Below are positions 51,979 through 64,000 of a stretch of 64,000 nucleotides of DNA, in pieces. Below the pieces are notes generated by a model that saw nothing but the letters and a program-made list of their open reading frames with translations, was not told the DNA's origin and did not search any database. A program made the translations under genes and the position numbers. The first letter of the stretch is position 1, and each line of letters begins with the position of its first letter. This DNA comes from Octopus vulgaris (Eukaryota), in assembly GCA_951406725.2 (NCBI GenBank), contig OX597827.1, positions 56,854,001-56,918,000 of the forward strand, written 5' to 3'.

Positions 51979-52011
51979 ATCAAAATAAGCAACAAGGATA
52001 TCCAAAGGTAG

Positions 52012-52099
52012 TGTAGTACAATCGTTTCATGCTACTTCATTTAATTAAACAATGTAAGTATTACATCAGTTTTAAAATGTAGAGCAATCTTCAGCCACA
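52012..52099 (-). ncRNA. Type I hammerhead ribozyme motif (GUA)
   Basis: Minus strand tgtgg-CTGAAGA-ttgct...agcat-GAAA-cgattg-TA-ctaca. Confidence 0.6.
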
Positions 52100-53155
52100 T
52101 ATGGAATTTTTAAATTAAATTGACAATGTTCATTTTTATACTTATTCCATTTGCCAAAATTACAAAGAGGGTAGGTATATAGACATAGTCCGCTGCTCTA
52201 ACCACTAGGCCACGTGCCTCCACTGGGTGTGTGTGACTCGGTACCTTAAGCAAAAAGCTATCTTTCCTCTTATATAACTTTCCAATTGTTTAAAATGGAT
52301 GCCTGTTTTCTTCTGTCAATTTGTGAAATTTAGTGTAGTACACTTAATAATGCTGGGAGTGGTCTTTAGCTTAGGAAGTAGATTATGGGGAGTATTTTTC
52401 ATAAATATATTTTTACTCTACTAAATAGTGAATGCTGCAGCTACTGTATAAATACACACATTTGTACATATATACATACATACATATCTGTATATAGATA
52501 TATTATATATATATATATATATATACATACAAACATACACATGTACACCCAAACTCACACTTATAGACACTCACAAATGTGTACATACATACACATACGC
52601 ATACACACACACACAATACAGATGGCAATTTTAGGTATTTGAAATCAATAAATTACAAATTATCTCTTGCAGCAGTAAATGAATTCCAAATATTCTTTAT
52701 ACCTCTGAATAATAAACCTTTCTAGATATCACTTAACTTGAGACAGATGATGGGAACCAGACATTTCAATGCCACATGGCTTCCACTTATAGGGTTATAT
52801 TCATTTGATAATTAGGCAAGGGGGACTGAAGCATCTTGCTGAAAGATGCATTATTGCTGAATTCAATATACCAAAAGAATTGCATTAAGGTCAGTTGAGC
52901 AATATAGAAACTGTTAATTTATTTTGTGTGTGTTTTGTGGTCTTCTGTATTGAGTGGCCTAATGTTTTGGATGTTGCACTCATGGTCAAAAAAGTTTTGT
53001 TTTGCTTCCTAAACCAGGTTGTTTGTTGTATTCTTGAACATAACACTTTATTTCACTCAGCTGTAAATGACTTTCACATATATATGCATACACACACACA
53101 CTCATATATACATATATATATATTTTCTATTCCTGAGCATTATACTAATACATCT

Positions 53156-53542
53156 AGTGGAGGCGCAATGGCCCAGTGGTTAGGGCAGCGGACTCGCGGT
53201 CGTAGGATCGCGGTTTCGATTCCCAGACCGAGCGTTGTGAGTGTTTATTGAGCAAAAACACCTAAAGCTCCACGAGGCTTCGGCAGGGATGGTGGTGATC
53301 CCTGCTGTACTCTTTCACCACAACTTTCTCTCACTCTTACTTCCTGTTTCTGTTGTACCTGTATTTCAAAGGGCCGGCCTCGTCACTCTCTGTGTCACGC
53401 TGAATATCCCCGAGAACTACGTTAAGGGTACACGTGTCTGTGGAGTGCTCAGCCACTTACACGTTAATTTCACGAGCAGGCTGTTCCGTTGATCTGATCA
53501 ACCGGAACCCTCGTCGTCGTAACCGACGGAGTGCTTCCATCC
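53156..53542 (+). mobile_element. Young tRNA-derived SINE (possibly octopus OR-type)
   Basis: A box tggcccagtggttag, B-box-like gtttcgattcc, 12-bp TSD actaatacatct; near-identical copy at 44762-45146. Confidence 0.85.
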
Positions 53543-53655
53543 ACTAATACATCTGTTTGTTTTGTACACCACCTGTCTTCGTCTTGTTTTTTCCTGAACT
53601 CTCCCTCTATATACATACATACATACATACATACAAAGGACAAATTTTGTTGTCT

Positions 53656-53948
53656 AGGGAGAGTCATTATGCCTATGTAATTAACACATACACTGGTTCA
53701 TTTCCAATCCTTTATTATTAGACAATTGGTTAAAAATCAAACAAACGAATCGATTATTTAATTTCTTTTGTTTTTGTTAGTCAGAGCTCTTTCTTGAAAA
53801 GGTTGCAAGTAGTATATGACAAACAAAAACAAAAGAAATTAAATAATTGATTTGTTAGTTAGATATTTAACCAATTGTCTAATGATAAAGGAGTGGAAAT
53901 GAACCTGTGTATGTGTTAATTTTATTGGCGTAATGACTCTCCCTAGAG
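53656..53948. repeat. Inverted repeat (~130-bp arms) between microsatellites
   Basis: tctagggagagtcatta ... taatgactctccctaga. Confidence 0.9.
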
Positions 53949-53963
53949 TCATATATATATATG

Positions 53964-54006
<43 letters not shown>

Positions 54007-54021
54007 GTATATATATATATG

Positions 54022-54073
<52 letters not shown>

Positions 54074-54077
54074 AATA

Positions 54078-54115
<38 letters not shown>

Positions 54116-54460
54116 ATAAATAATATATATATATATACACATAAATAATACAATGTAATATATTATTTAAAACAGTTGACTTAAAGTTTCATAGACCCCT
54201 AACAGAAACCCCTCTTTTTAGGCTTAGGTTATCGAATGGCCTGAAAAACTTTGGAGCTGAATCAAACTGTTTTAAATAATACAAGTAACTCCTACTAAAT
54301 GGATTGAGTGCCTTTATTCCTTCATGTGATTGGCTTGAAAACTTATTATGATATAAACCTTTTTTTCTTAACAAGAAACCAATGGTAGCTTTAATATATG
54401 AATAAAAAAAAATCTATCCACCAATGTAGTGTTGAGCACTCATTCTCATTGTTCAAGATT

Positions 54461-54495
<35 letters not shown>

Positions 54496-54496
<1 letters not shown>

Positions 54497-54833
54497 CAAG
54501 AGTTAAGAAATAGAGATGATAAGATCTGGGCTACATATATTTCATAGCAAATGGGGCCTTGGAAGTGATAGATATCCAAGCAAGGTGTATACCGTAGGCT
54601 ACTTGTCTGGCTGAGGGTATCTTGAGTGAATGAAAGTTTACATTGTCACGAGGATCGATTCTTCCATGTATTAACCTCCTTGCAACAATGTAAACTTTCA
54701 TTTAATCAAGTTAACTTTGGCCTGACGAGTAGCCTGCGTTATACACCTCGCTTGAATATTTACCACTTCCAAGGTTCTGATCACTATGAAACATACGTAG
54801 CCTGGATCTTATCTGCTCCATTCCTTAACTTGT
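54496..54833. repeat. Diverged inverted repeat (~155-bp arms) after (TA)n
   Basis: gaaagtttacattgt / acaatgtaaactttc, ccttggaagtg / cacttccaagg, gataagatc / gatcttatc. Confidence 0.85.
54719..54802 (+). ncRNA. Type I hammerhead ribozyme motif (GUA)
   Basis: ggc-CTGACGA-gtag...ctat-GAAA-catacg-TA-gcc, in the right arm of a diverged palindrome. Confidence 0.62.
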
Positions 54834-55089
54834 GTATTCTCATTTGCATATCTGGCAACCTTAGCCACCCACCATGAAATATAGAAAGAACTTTTTACAG
54901 TTTATCGTACTTCAATACAAAAGAACCCCACAACCTTCCATCTCAATAAACCACTATGATCCCTGAAAGTTGTTTTTTATATCTATTTTGGATTGCGTGA
55001 AGCTAACTTTTTTCCTACGCCTCAATCCTTGGATTTTATGTTTGTGTGTGTGTTTAAATTAATCATGATTTTCCTTTTATTAAATATAG

Positions 55090-55244
55090 GCGCAACTTGC
55101 TTCTGTTTGCGTGACCATGCATATTAGTACAAGGAAAATATCTGAAGACTTCTATAATGCCTTGAAACGCCGTTACTATATCACACCCACCAGCTACTTG
55201 GAGCTTATTAATCTCTACGAAACTATGCTGACTTCCAAAAGCAA
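55090..55244 (+). CDS. DNAH6: Dynein heavy chain exon (AQLASVCVTMH...YYITPTSYLELINLY...SK)
   Basis: atAG acceptor, GTaagc donor, phase 0/2. Confidence 0.93.
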
Positions 55245-55842
55245 GTAAGCACCACAGGTCTTATCTTTTGTATTTTTAATATAGTTCCCTCATTGGATTG
55301 CAGCCAGGTTCGGGCACTGACTTGAAGGGTTTTAGTTAGAAGAAATTGGCTATAATACTTGTGTTTTAAGTCTGGTAGTTATTCTGTCTGTCCCTTTCAC
55401 TGTACTGCTAAGTTATGGGGATGTAAACAAAACATCACTGGATGTCAAATGATGATGGTGGGAATAAACAGAAAGACAAACTGACACAGACAGACAAATA
55501 GACACAGACAGACAGACAGAAATATGGTAACAAAAGGGTTAATGGACAGGAACAATGAGAAGTGAAGTGTTTTGCTTAAGAACCTAGTCCAGGAACCAAA
55601 ACCACAATCTTACAATCATGAATTCAACAGCCTAACCACTGAGCCATGCATCTCCACTCTGATGTGTTATACAAAATGACTGATGAAAAGAGGAGTGATG
55701 GACATGTTGAGCAGGAATGCAACTAACTGGCTCCGTGGTGCAGAGATTGTTGTTGAAAAATGTCTTGTAGCCATTAACGAACTTTTGGAACATCTCATAA
55801 ATTTTTTCATATAATCTGTAAAAGGCTAGTGAATCCATCCTG

Positions 55843-56146
55843 TTGTTGTTTGTTCCTTCTCAAGCCATGCCTGGCTCATAGGGCCGGTTTCCCGGTTTCC
55901 TTGGCATATAGGTTCCCCACCTGAACGGGACACCAGTCCGTTGCAGGTCAGCTGCAAGATGCAGGAGGAAAGAGTGAGAGAAAGTTTGGTGAAAGAGTCA
56001 GCAGAAGTTCACCATTACCTTCTGCCAGAGCCGTGTGGAGCTTAGGTGTTTTGCTCATAAACACACACATCGCTCAGTCTGAGATTCGAGCCCGTGATCC
56101 CTCGACCGTGAGTCTGCTGCTCTAACCACTAGGCTATGTGCCTCCA
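55843..56146 (-). mobile_element. tRNA-derived SINE with related head and different tail
   Basis: 13-bp TSD tgaatccatcctg; 5' half similar to the 53156 family, 3' tail different. Confidence 0.8.
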
Positions 56147-57294
56147 TGAATCCATCCTGCTGCATGCTATTGACTACTCTCTGAACACACTGGAATAGAG
56201 AACCAGTTAAGGAGCCTCTGTAGGACTGCTTGACTTGCTAGAAATAGCAGTTAAAAAGATTTTCCTAAAAGTATACCCTATCATTTTGAAGTGAGAGGGA
56301 CATTAGATAATGTAAGTCTAGATATGCAGTGTCTGGGGAAAAAGATGACATGGGGTTAAATAACAACTGGCATAAATAGTGAGTGATTAAGTTGAATAAG
56401 AAATTGGATTCTGTTTTGGCGTTAGGAAGGGCATCCAGCTGTAGAAACTCTGCCAGATCAGATTGGAGTCTGGTGCAGCCATCTGGTTCACCAGACCTCA
56501 GTAAAATCGTCCAACCCATGCTAGCATGGAAAGCAGACGTTAAACGATGATGATGATGATGATGGTGCTCCCACTTCTGTAATTACAAATGTATGTATGT
56601 ATATAACAAGAAACTGCTTGTCCCCACTCCTTCTCTCACCTCTTGTCTCCCGGCATAAAGCTACCCTGCCACCAACCTCAATTTTTATAGTCTTGTGGCC
56701 TTATTAGTGCCAGTAGCACATAAAAAGCACCCAGTACATGTTGCAAAGTGGTTAGCATTAGGAAGGGCATCCAGCTGTAGAAACCATTCCAAAGCAGACA
56801 CTGCAGCATGGTGTAGTCCTTGAGCCCACTGGATCCTCTTAAAGTGTCCAATCCACGCCAGGAGGGAACATGATTGTTAAATGATCATGAGCATGATGAT
56901 GGTGATGATGCTGCATCCATCCATCCATCCATCCATTCATCCATCCATCCACCCATCCATCCATCCACCCACCCATCCATCCATTCATTCATTCATTCAT
57001 CTATTCATCATCCACTCATTCTTTCATTTGATAGAAATAGAAAATGAGCATGTATTTTGCAGATGTTCATATTCATCAAATGACTTTCTTCTTATTAAAA
57101 TATCTACAGAACTTGCTGGAAGCATACAGTAAGAAACTAACCGAAGTCTTTCACCAACATAACAGCCAGTACTTTTGCTAAACAATGACTTAGTGAAATA
57201 AATATGAATGATACTAGAAGATTAGGCATTGATATTTAAAATGGAAAATAAAAAAAAAAAAACTGTAGACAAGATGAACCAAAACCAGAAGCTT

Positions 57295-57440
57295 GAAATG
57301 TTGAAGATTATTTTCATGCAGTTCAAGAATAATAAAGTTTAACTAGAAACAAAGCATCCTGGAAAATGATTGACAACAAATGGAAAATTGTGCAAGATTA
57401 GAAATGAAGAAATCAACCATGTGATCAGCAACTGTATTTA
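57295..57440 (+). mobile_element. Degenerate RLE-type (R4/Dong-like) retrotransposon zinc-knuckle remnant
   Basis: Across frameshifts EDYFHAVQE..TRN..KLCKIRNEEINHVISNC resembles the AIQ(D/E)..CRLC...HI(I)SGC motif. Confidence 0.4.
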
Positions 57441-57479
57441 CCATTTCCTTGTGTCCTGTGATGTGGCTGTCAGAATAAT

Positions 57480-57790
57480 CTATAAACATGGAAGAGGAAA
57501 ACTAAAAGATGGGGATTAAGGAAGACAAATAAAGAATGAGGTTCATGAAAATATTGGTATGCAGGAGAGGAGAATGCATTGGTTTGGACATGTGATGCAT
57601 ATGAGTAAAGACAGCTGTATAAAGAAGTGCCTATCGCTGAAAATGGATGGTACCTGTGGAAGAGGGAGACCTTGGAAGACATGGGATGAAGTGGTGAGGA
57701 CCGATCTCGGGATGTTAGGGCCCACGGAGGAAATGACAATGGACTGAGATGTCTGATGGTATGAGGCTTTAGAGAAGACCCACCCACATC
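57480..57790 (+). mobile_element. RTE-type LINE 3' fragment
   Basis: RRMHWFGHVMHM...GTCGRGRPWKTWDEVVRTDL, typical RTE C-terminus. Confidence 0.8.
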
Positions 57791-58194
57791 AGTAAAACTG
57801 AGTGCTAGAAACATTGTGACCCACCCACATGTAACAATAAACTTTTCACACAGCCTACCCCTAGAATCCAAACTAAATCTCTTCTAAACTGCACTTTTTT
57901 CTTCCTTGTATTTTCTCATGATTGTCCCCTACTTCCTATCCCTGCCCTCACTGCCCTGCTCAATGTATTGCTGCTTTACCCCACCCCATCTTTATACCCA
58001 GGTTTTCACTAGTCACTGCAATCCCCATTCCCTACTGGTGCCTTCTTGGCAATACCTGGCCACGTATATCATGATCTCTGTACCTTGAGGGTATGCCCTA
58101 GCAATTTCCACCATTTATCTCTCTCTTTCTTACTCTACTATTCCATTTATGCTCTGATCCCTGTTACTAGTGAGTATACCCTGGTGCTTCACCA

Positions 58195-58760
58195 CCATCT
58201 CTCTCTTACTCTCTCTTGCACTTTCGCTGTTTCTCACTCTCTCTCGCTCCTTCTCTTGTTTTTCCTCTGGCTGGGTAACCAAGTATCTCCTTTACATCAG
58301 CACACATATTTCTGTCCTCTTTCTTGTTGTCTCTCTCTTCCCCTCTCTGCCTTTCGTTCTCTCTTTCCCTCTTGTCCTCTCTCTCCCTCTCTTCATTTTT
58401 CTCTTCCTCTCTCTCTCTTTCTCTCTCTCTCTTCCTCTTGCCCTCTCTCTCCCTCTATCACTCTTCATTTGTCTCTTCCTCTCCCTCTTTTCCTTTCAGT
58501 TTCTCTTCTTCTTCCTCTCTTTTCCTCTTCCACTCTCTTCCTCTTCGTTTCTCTCTCTTCCCTTTCCTCTTTCCTCTTGCACTCACTCTCTTCTTCTGTT
58601 TCTCTGTTCTCTTTGTTTTTCTCCTCCCCCTCTCTCCCTTCCTCTTGCACTCCCTCTCTTTCTCCTTCCTCTCTGCCCCCCCTTTCTTCCTCAGTCTCTG
58701 TCTGTCTGTCTGTCTCTGTCTGTCTGTCTGTCTCTGTCTGTCTGTGTCTCTCTCTCTCCA
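58195..58760. repeat. Long polypyrimidine (CT-rich) low-complexity tract
   Basis: Direct inspection. Confidence 0.9.
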
Positions 58761-59195
58761 GGTAACCATATGTCTCCTCTATAGCAAGACACCTATTTCT
58801 GTCTCTTTGTCACACTCTAACCTTTCATCATCTGACACAAGTTCTCCTCCTCCAATGCCCCATCCCCTCTCAAAATTCCTTGTCTTGCAAGTTACTTGGT
58901 GACCCTGCCAGTGCTAGTGCCACATAAAAAGCATCCTCTCTACACTGTAGAGTGGTTGGCATTTGGAAGGGTATCCATGCCAAAACTAACCTTGCTTGCG
59001 CTGGTACCACTTAAAAAGCACTAAATCCACTCTGCAGAGTGCTTGGAGTTAGGAAGAGCATCCAGCTGAAAAAACCCTGCCAAAACAGACACAGTACCCT
59101 TGGCCACAGTCAAATGACTGAAACAAGTAAAAGAGTAAAAGAGTAAAGAGTATACATGCATATACATACATACATCTCTACATACATACATATGT

Positions 59196-59460
59196 ATGAG
59201 GCCTGACCAATGAGTATCTGAACTGTTGCTATAGTAACTTGGTTAAAGCATGCAGAGTGAAGTCACTTGGCAAAGATTGGCTTTGAACTCTGCTGTGCAT
59301 GGGCACTGAGTTTTAATGTTTTAGCTCACTTTTGTTTGCAGCAGTGCTTAGAGGGAAGGTGTGTAGCATGCGATCGTCACATTGACCATGACAGAGAAAG
59401 TTGAGGCCTAGGTAAAGTTGCAGAAAGTGTATGGAGAGGAGTGTATGAACTGCATAGAAA
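59196..59460 (+). mobile_element. Mariner 5' fragment
   Basis: Starts tatgaggcctga; remnant MTEKVE..KLQKVYGEECM resembles a mariner HTH start; truncated at the Helentron-like element. Confidence 0.55.
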
Positions 59461-59472
59461 TATTGGCAAGAA

Positions 59473-59863
59473 ATCTCTCTATATATAAAGCTGAAGTTGT
59501 CTGTGTATGGCAGGTTTGGTAGCCTTCAACTAACACTATCTCCTCCAAGACCCTGCAGCGCAAGTTGACCAAAATTGAGAGTATGATAGAAGGCTTGCTC
59601 TTCCTTCCATAGAAGAAAAAATTCAAATCGGACCATGTTAACACCAAATATTATTTACATCAAAAAGATGCTTTTTTTCTATGAAAATCCCTATTTTTTA
59701 CGATTTTTTGACTGCTGTGTCACCATTTTTCGGTGTATTTCAACCAGAAAAATATTCACTTAAAGAGAATAACAAGCTACATAATGCAAAATTCTTACTT
59801 TTCAAAAATTCCAATTCTAAAAGGTTGAAACAAACTTGAGCAACGCCAGGCAATTCTGCTAGT
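59473..59863 (-). mobile_element. Helentron/DINE-like element with the same termini as 38919-39299
   Basis: Reverse complement starts actagcagaattgcctggcgttgctc and ends tatatatagagagat; the interior differs. Confidence 0.55.
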
Positions 59864-60419
59864 CTTGAAATAAAACTGAATAATAACATCCATCCATCCA
59901 TCCATTCATCCATCCATTCATTCATACATACATCCATACATACATACATACATATACACATATATTTAGAAGTGTACATTTTAATATAGAATAAGTAAAG
60001 CGATCAAGGCAAAGGATATTTTTTTGTGTCTGTTGTGTGTATGTGGACATTTATAATCCACAGAAATTGCACACATGTAGATTATTTGGTTTAAATTAAA
60101 CATTGTTATAAGCCGACACATGCATATATGGATTCACAAATATGAATTGCTTATTTATTTATTGTTGCTGTTGTTGTTGTTGTTGTTTTGTTGAATTTTC
60201 CTTTGGTTCAGTATGAAAGAGAAATGCGAGAAAAAGAGGGAGCAAAAAAGAACTAACTATAAGCTGTCAATATAATTCTGTAGTCATTGGCATATCAATA
60301 TAATAGGAGCTATGCATTATTCACAGCAGAACTGTAAAGCATTAGATTTCATTGATATTTTTCTCAGCATCCAGTTTAAACCAACCATGTGAGCTTTACT
60401 TAAAAAAAAATACTAACTA

Positions 60420-60465
60420 CAATAATAGTAAATAATAATAATAATAGTAAATAATAATAATAGTA

Positions 60466-60497
<32 letters not shown>

Positions 60498-61140
60498 TAA
60501 TAATAACAATAATAATAATGATAATAATGATAATGATAATAATAATAGTGATAATAATAAGAATTATAATCATAATAGTGATAATAATAAGAATTATAAT
60601 GATAATAATAATAATGATAATAATAAGAATTATAATCATAATAATAATAATAATGATAATAATAACAATAATAATAATGATAATAATAATAGTGATAATA
60701 ATAATAGTGATAATAATAATAGTGATAATAATAAGAATTATAATCATAATAATAATAATAATGATAATAATAACAATAATAATAATGATAATAATAATAG
60801 TGATAATAATAATAGTGATAATAATAAGAATTATAATCATAATAATAATAATGATAATAATAAGAATTATAATCATAATAATAATAATAATGATAATAAT
60901 AACAATAATAATAATGATAATAATAATAGTGATAATAATAAGAATTATAATCATAATAATAATAATGATAATAATAACAATAATAATAATGATAATAATA
61001 ACAATAATAATAATGATAATAATAATAGTGATAATAATAATAGTGATAATAATAATAGTGATAATAATAAGAATTATAATCATAATAATAATAATGATAA
61101 TAATAAGAATTATAATCATAATAATAATAATAATAATAAT
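60420..61140. repeat. Degenerate (AAT)n array with recurring variant triplets
   Basis: Direct inspection; recurring aagaattataatcat, agtgat and aacaat motifs. Confidence 0.95.
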
Positions 61141-61435
61141 GACAATCTTTTCTGAAATAATTTCATGGTAAAATCGAAAAACAAAAAAAAAACAAAAGAA
61201 AAGTAACGAAAACGATAAAACTTCAGTATATAAGAAAACTTTGTTAAAGAAAACTTCTGTTTCTTTTCATTTTTCAGAATAAATGAAGAAATTAATAAAT
61301 AAATCCTGGAAATGTATAATAAATACAAGCATATATATATATATATGTATTTGTGTGTGTATATATGTATGTGTACACATAAAAACACACTCACGCACAC
61401 ATGCACACAAACATGCACACACACCACACACACAC

Positions 61436-61466
<31 letters not shown>

Positions 61467-61614
61467 TGTATGTATGTATGTTTGTATATATATATATTTA
61501 TATATACACACATACATAGATTTATATATGTATGTATATATATATATATACACACACATACATACATACATACATACATACATACATACATACATACATA
61601 CATACATACATACG

Positions 61615-61645
<31 letters not shown>

Positions 61646-62377
61646 GTATATCAACTTCCTAATAAATGCAGGAACTCCCAAGGATGACAGTCTAGTGGCT
61701 ATGGCAAGAATTTGGCAACCAAGTAAGGAAAAGAAAATCATAACGACTTTCTTTGAGAGAATCGAATTGTGTTTGGCATTGATAGAGATATTAAACTGGC
61801 CTTTGTGTTAGCTCTGTGGCAAACAATATAAACGGTTATATTTGCCTCATTTGGAATCTAAATGGAGTCTTGGAGTCTCAGTTAGCCATTCAGTTTTCTT
61901 ATTCCTCTGATAAAAATGTTATCCTTAATTCAAATTCTTATAAATATGCTGCAGGTCTTGTTTGAATATATTTTCGCTTCCATCCTTTTCTTTCTTTCCT
62001 AAACCTCTAAAAGTATTAAATGTAAATGGTAATCCTGTGCCTCTGTGGGACGAAATCTCCATTATAGGGAAAGAAAGAGGAATGGTAAGACAAATGAGAG
62101 AACCAGCTCAAAGAGAATGCAAGCAGAAAATCCCATTGTGGATTGCAGTCTAACAGAGCTGGCCTCTGTAAAATAAGCTTAAATACTCTTAAAATTGTCA
62201 TATTACTACCATCAGACAGGACCATTAGAACCTACTCGTTTGCAACAAGGCACTCTGCCTGCCCCTTCCTCTTCCTACGTTTCCAACCTTCATCAATCTG
62301 TTAAATCCACACAGCTACCTCTCTCTCTCTCTCTCTCTCTCTATACATCTAGCTCCCTATCTATTTTTTTGTGATTG

Positions 62378-62461
<84 letters not shown>

Positions 62462-62691
62462 CATTCCAGTCTACAAACGCACACACTCACATAACACATA
62501 TGTACATATACATGAATATATGCATATACACACATACCCACATGCATGTATCCATACACATGCAAATACAAACACACAAAAACACACACACACATACACA
62601 CATGCAGGTATGCATACATACACATATGTAGACACACACACACATACATACATACATACATACATACATACACATGACTGCCAACTAACTA

Positions 62692-63003
62692 ACCTTCCTT
62701 CCTTCCTTCTTTCTTTTCTTCCCTCTTTCCTTCCTCCCTCTCTCCCTTCCTTCCTTCCTTCTTGCCTTCCTTCTGTCCTTCTTGCCTTCCTTCCATCCTT
62801 CCTTCTTTCCTTGTCCTTCCTTCCTTCCTTCCTTCCTTCCTTCCTTCCTTCCTTATTTCCTTCCTTCCTCCCTCCCTCTCTCCCTTCTTTCCTTCCTTCC
62901 TTCCTTCCTTCCTTCCTTCTTTCCTTCCTTCCTTCCTTCCTTCCTTCCTTCCTTCCTTCCTTCCTTCCTTCCTCCCTTCCTTCCTTCCTTCCTTCCTTCC
63001 TTT
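62692..63003. repeat. (CCTT)n microsatellite
   Basis: Direct inspection. Confidence 0.95.
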
Positions 63004-63403
63004 CAAGCAGCATGATCATGACATTGCATAAACAATATACAACGACATCCACCAAAGAAAAAGCGACGGCTCTGGAGTAAATAGAAGAACACTTCTGTTG
63101 TTAAGAACATACGATTCAACAGAGGGAATATTGGTGGAACATTCCTATTAAAACTTCTACCAATTTCAAACAGGCTTGATATAGTTGTTTTGGGACAGAG
63201 AAGAAAAATTATACACAGTTAAAAGTCTCTGCCCTATAAATATACTCTTACTCTTTTTACTCTTTTACTTGTTTCAGTCATTTGACTGTGGCCATGCTGG
63301 AGCACCGCCTTTTAGTCGAGCAAATCGACCCCAGGACTTATTCTTTGTAAGAATTACTGGATACACCAGCTAGTATACATACATTCATACATATATATAT
63401 ATA

Positions 63404-63472
<69 letters not shown>

Positions 63473-63763
63473 CTTAATATATGGATTTAACTAATCCAAT
63501 GGTACTCACAAAAATACTCCTTTAGTGGACTAGGCTACAAAACCTATATATTATTTATTATACACTAAAATAAACTATTTTACTTTGATGTTGACTGTGA
63601 AACAATCTTAATCGTATGGATATCAACTGATGAGATAAATATGTTTATCTCTTACCTCCTGACTTTCTTTATATATTACACATGCACACACACACATGCA
63701 TATACACATATACACATACACAAACACACATTAAATTTAATCCACTTTCCTTTCGTCCTCTAG

Positions 63764-63944
63764 GGAAGTAAGGCAAAGACTTAAGCAAGTTCAAAATGGT
63801 TTGGATAAAATTCAAGAAACAAATGATTTGGTCGACAGAATGAAGAAAGAACTAGTGGCACTTGAACCAGAGTTAAAAGAGAAATCTGCAAACACTATAG
63901 CACTACTTGAAAACTTGGTCGTTGATCAAGATGCAGCAGATAAA
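63764..63944 (+). CDS. DNAH6: Dynein heavy chain exon ([20 protein letters not shown]...DQDAADK), stalk coiled-coil start
   Basis: ctAG acceptor, GTaggt donor, phase 2/0; GL.K+.ET motif. Confidence 0.93.
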
Positions 63945-64000
63945 GTAGGTATTCAGTGATTTTAGGAGTCGGAATTCTTTGTGATCAAATTGAGACTTTG

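Larger units (their letters stand above)
1460..63944 (+). other. DNAH6: Axonemal dynein heavy chain gene, DNAH6-like (internal part, 15 exons; gene extends beyond both window ends)
   Basis: Spliced exons give a continuous ORF of about 854 aa with dynein motifs CGMVY, AAA3 P-loop GSSGVGK|S, FIDDINMPKLDTYGSQPPIELLRQ, ACAPPGGGRN, LPTPTKSHYLFNLRDLS, AAA4 P-loop [43 protein letters not shown] and the start of the stalk coil. Residues such as ISKVTTLC and [14 protein letters not shown] match my recollection of DNAH6; orthology needs a tree. Confidence 0.9.

Noticed and set aside
53159-53235. Possible tRNA gene
   Set aside because: tRNA-like head continues into a 390-bp repeated body with a TSD, so it is a SINE; no complete cloverleaf.
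58046-58902. Leu/Ser-rich ORFs of about 200 aa
   Set aside because: Translation of a CT-rich low-complexity tract.
60400-61171. Poly-Ile ORFs of 225-239 aa
   Set aside because: Translation of an (AAT)n microsatellite.
63626-63650. CTGATGA followed by a gagataaa/tttatctc hairpin
   Set aside because: No GAAA or helix III/I follows.
1460-63944. Non-canonical or U12 introns, or pseudogenisation of the dynein
   Set aside because: All 14 introns are GT-AG with ordinary donors, phases match and no in-frame stop was seen.

Overview
Eukaryotic, AT-rich, repeat-dense genomic DNA. The SINE families look like those of a coleoid cephalopod, probably Octopus (recognised by eye, not searched). The whole window lies inside one + strand axonemal dynein heavy chain gene, most similar to DNAH6. 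I reconstructed 15 internal GT-AG exons (2563 nt, about 854 codons, phases consistent, no stops) running from the end of AAA2 through AAA3 and AAA4 into the stalk coiled coil. The introns hold three SINE families, RTE and RLE-type LINE remnants, several Tc1/mariner elements and MITEs, TTAA-flanked piggyBac-like MITEs, Helentron-like elements and long microsatellites. The most striking unannotated signal is a dispersed set of about 14 type I hammerhead-ribozyme motifs from several unrelated sequence families. Many sit in 120-340 bp palindromes embedded in or beside (TA)n tracts, resembling Penelope-like element termini. They include natural G3-C8 and U3-A8 swaps of the catalytic-core tertiary pair. 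Two other notable points: two different mariners occupy the identical TA of two copies of one MITE, and a SINE-derived higher-order tandem array is present. All alignments and folds were done by eye; repeat boundaries are approximate.
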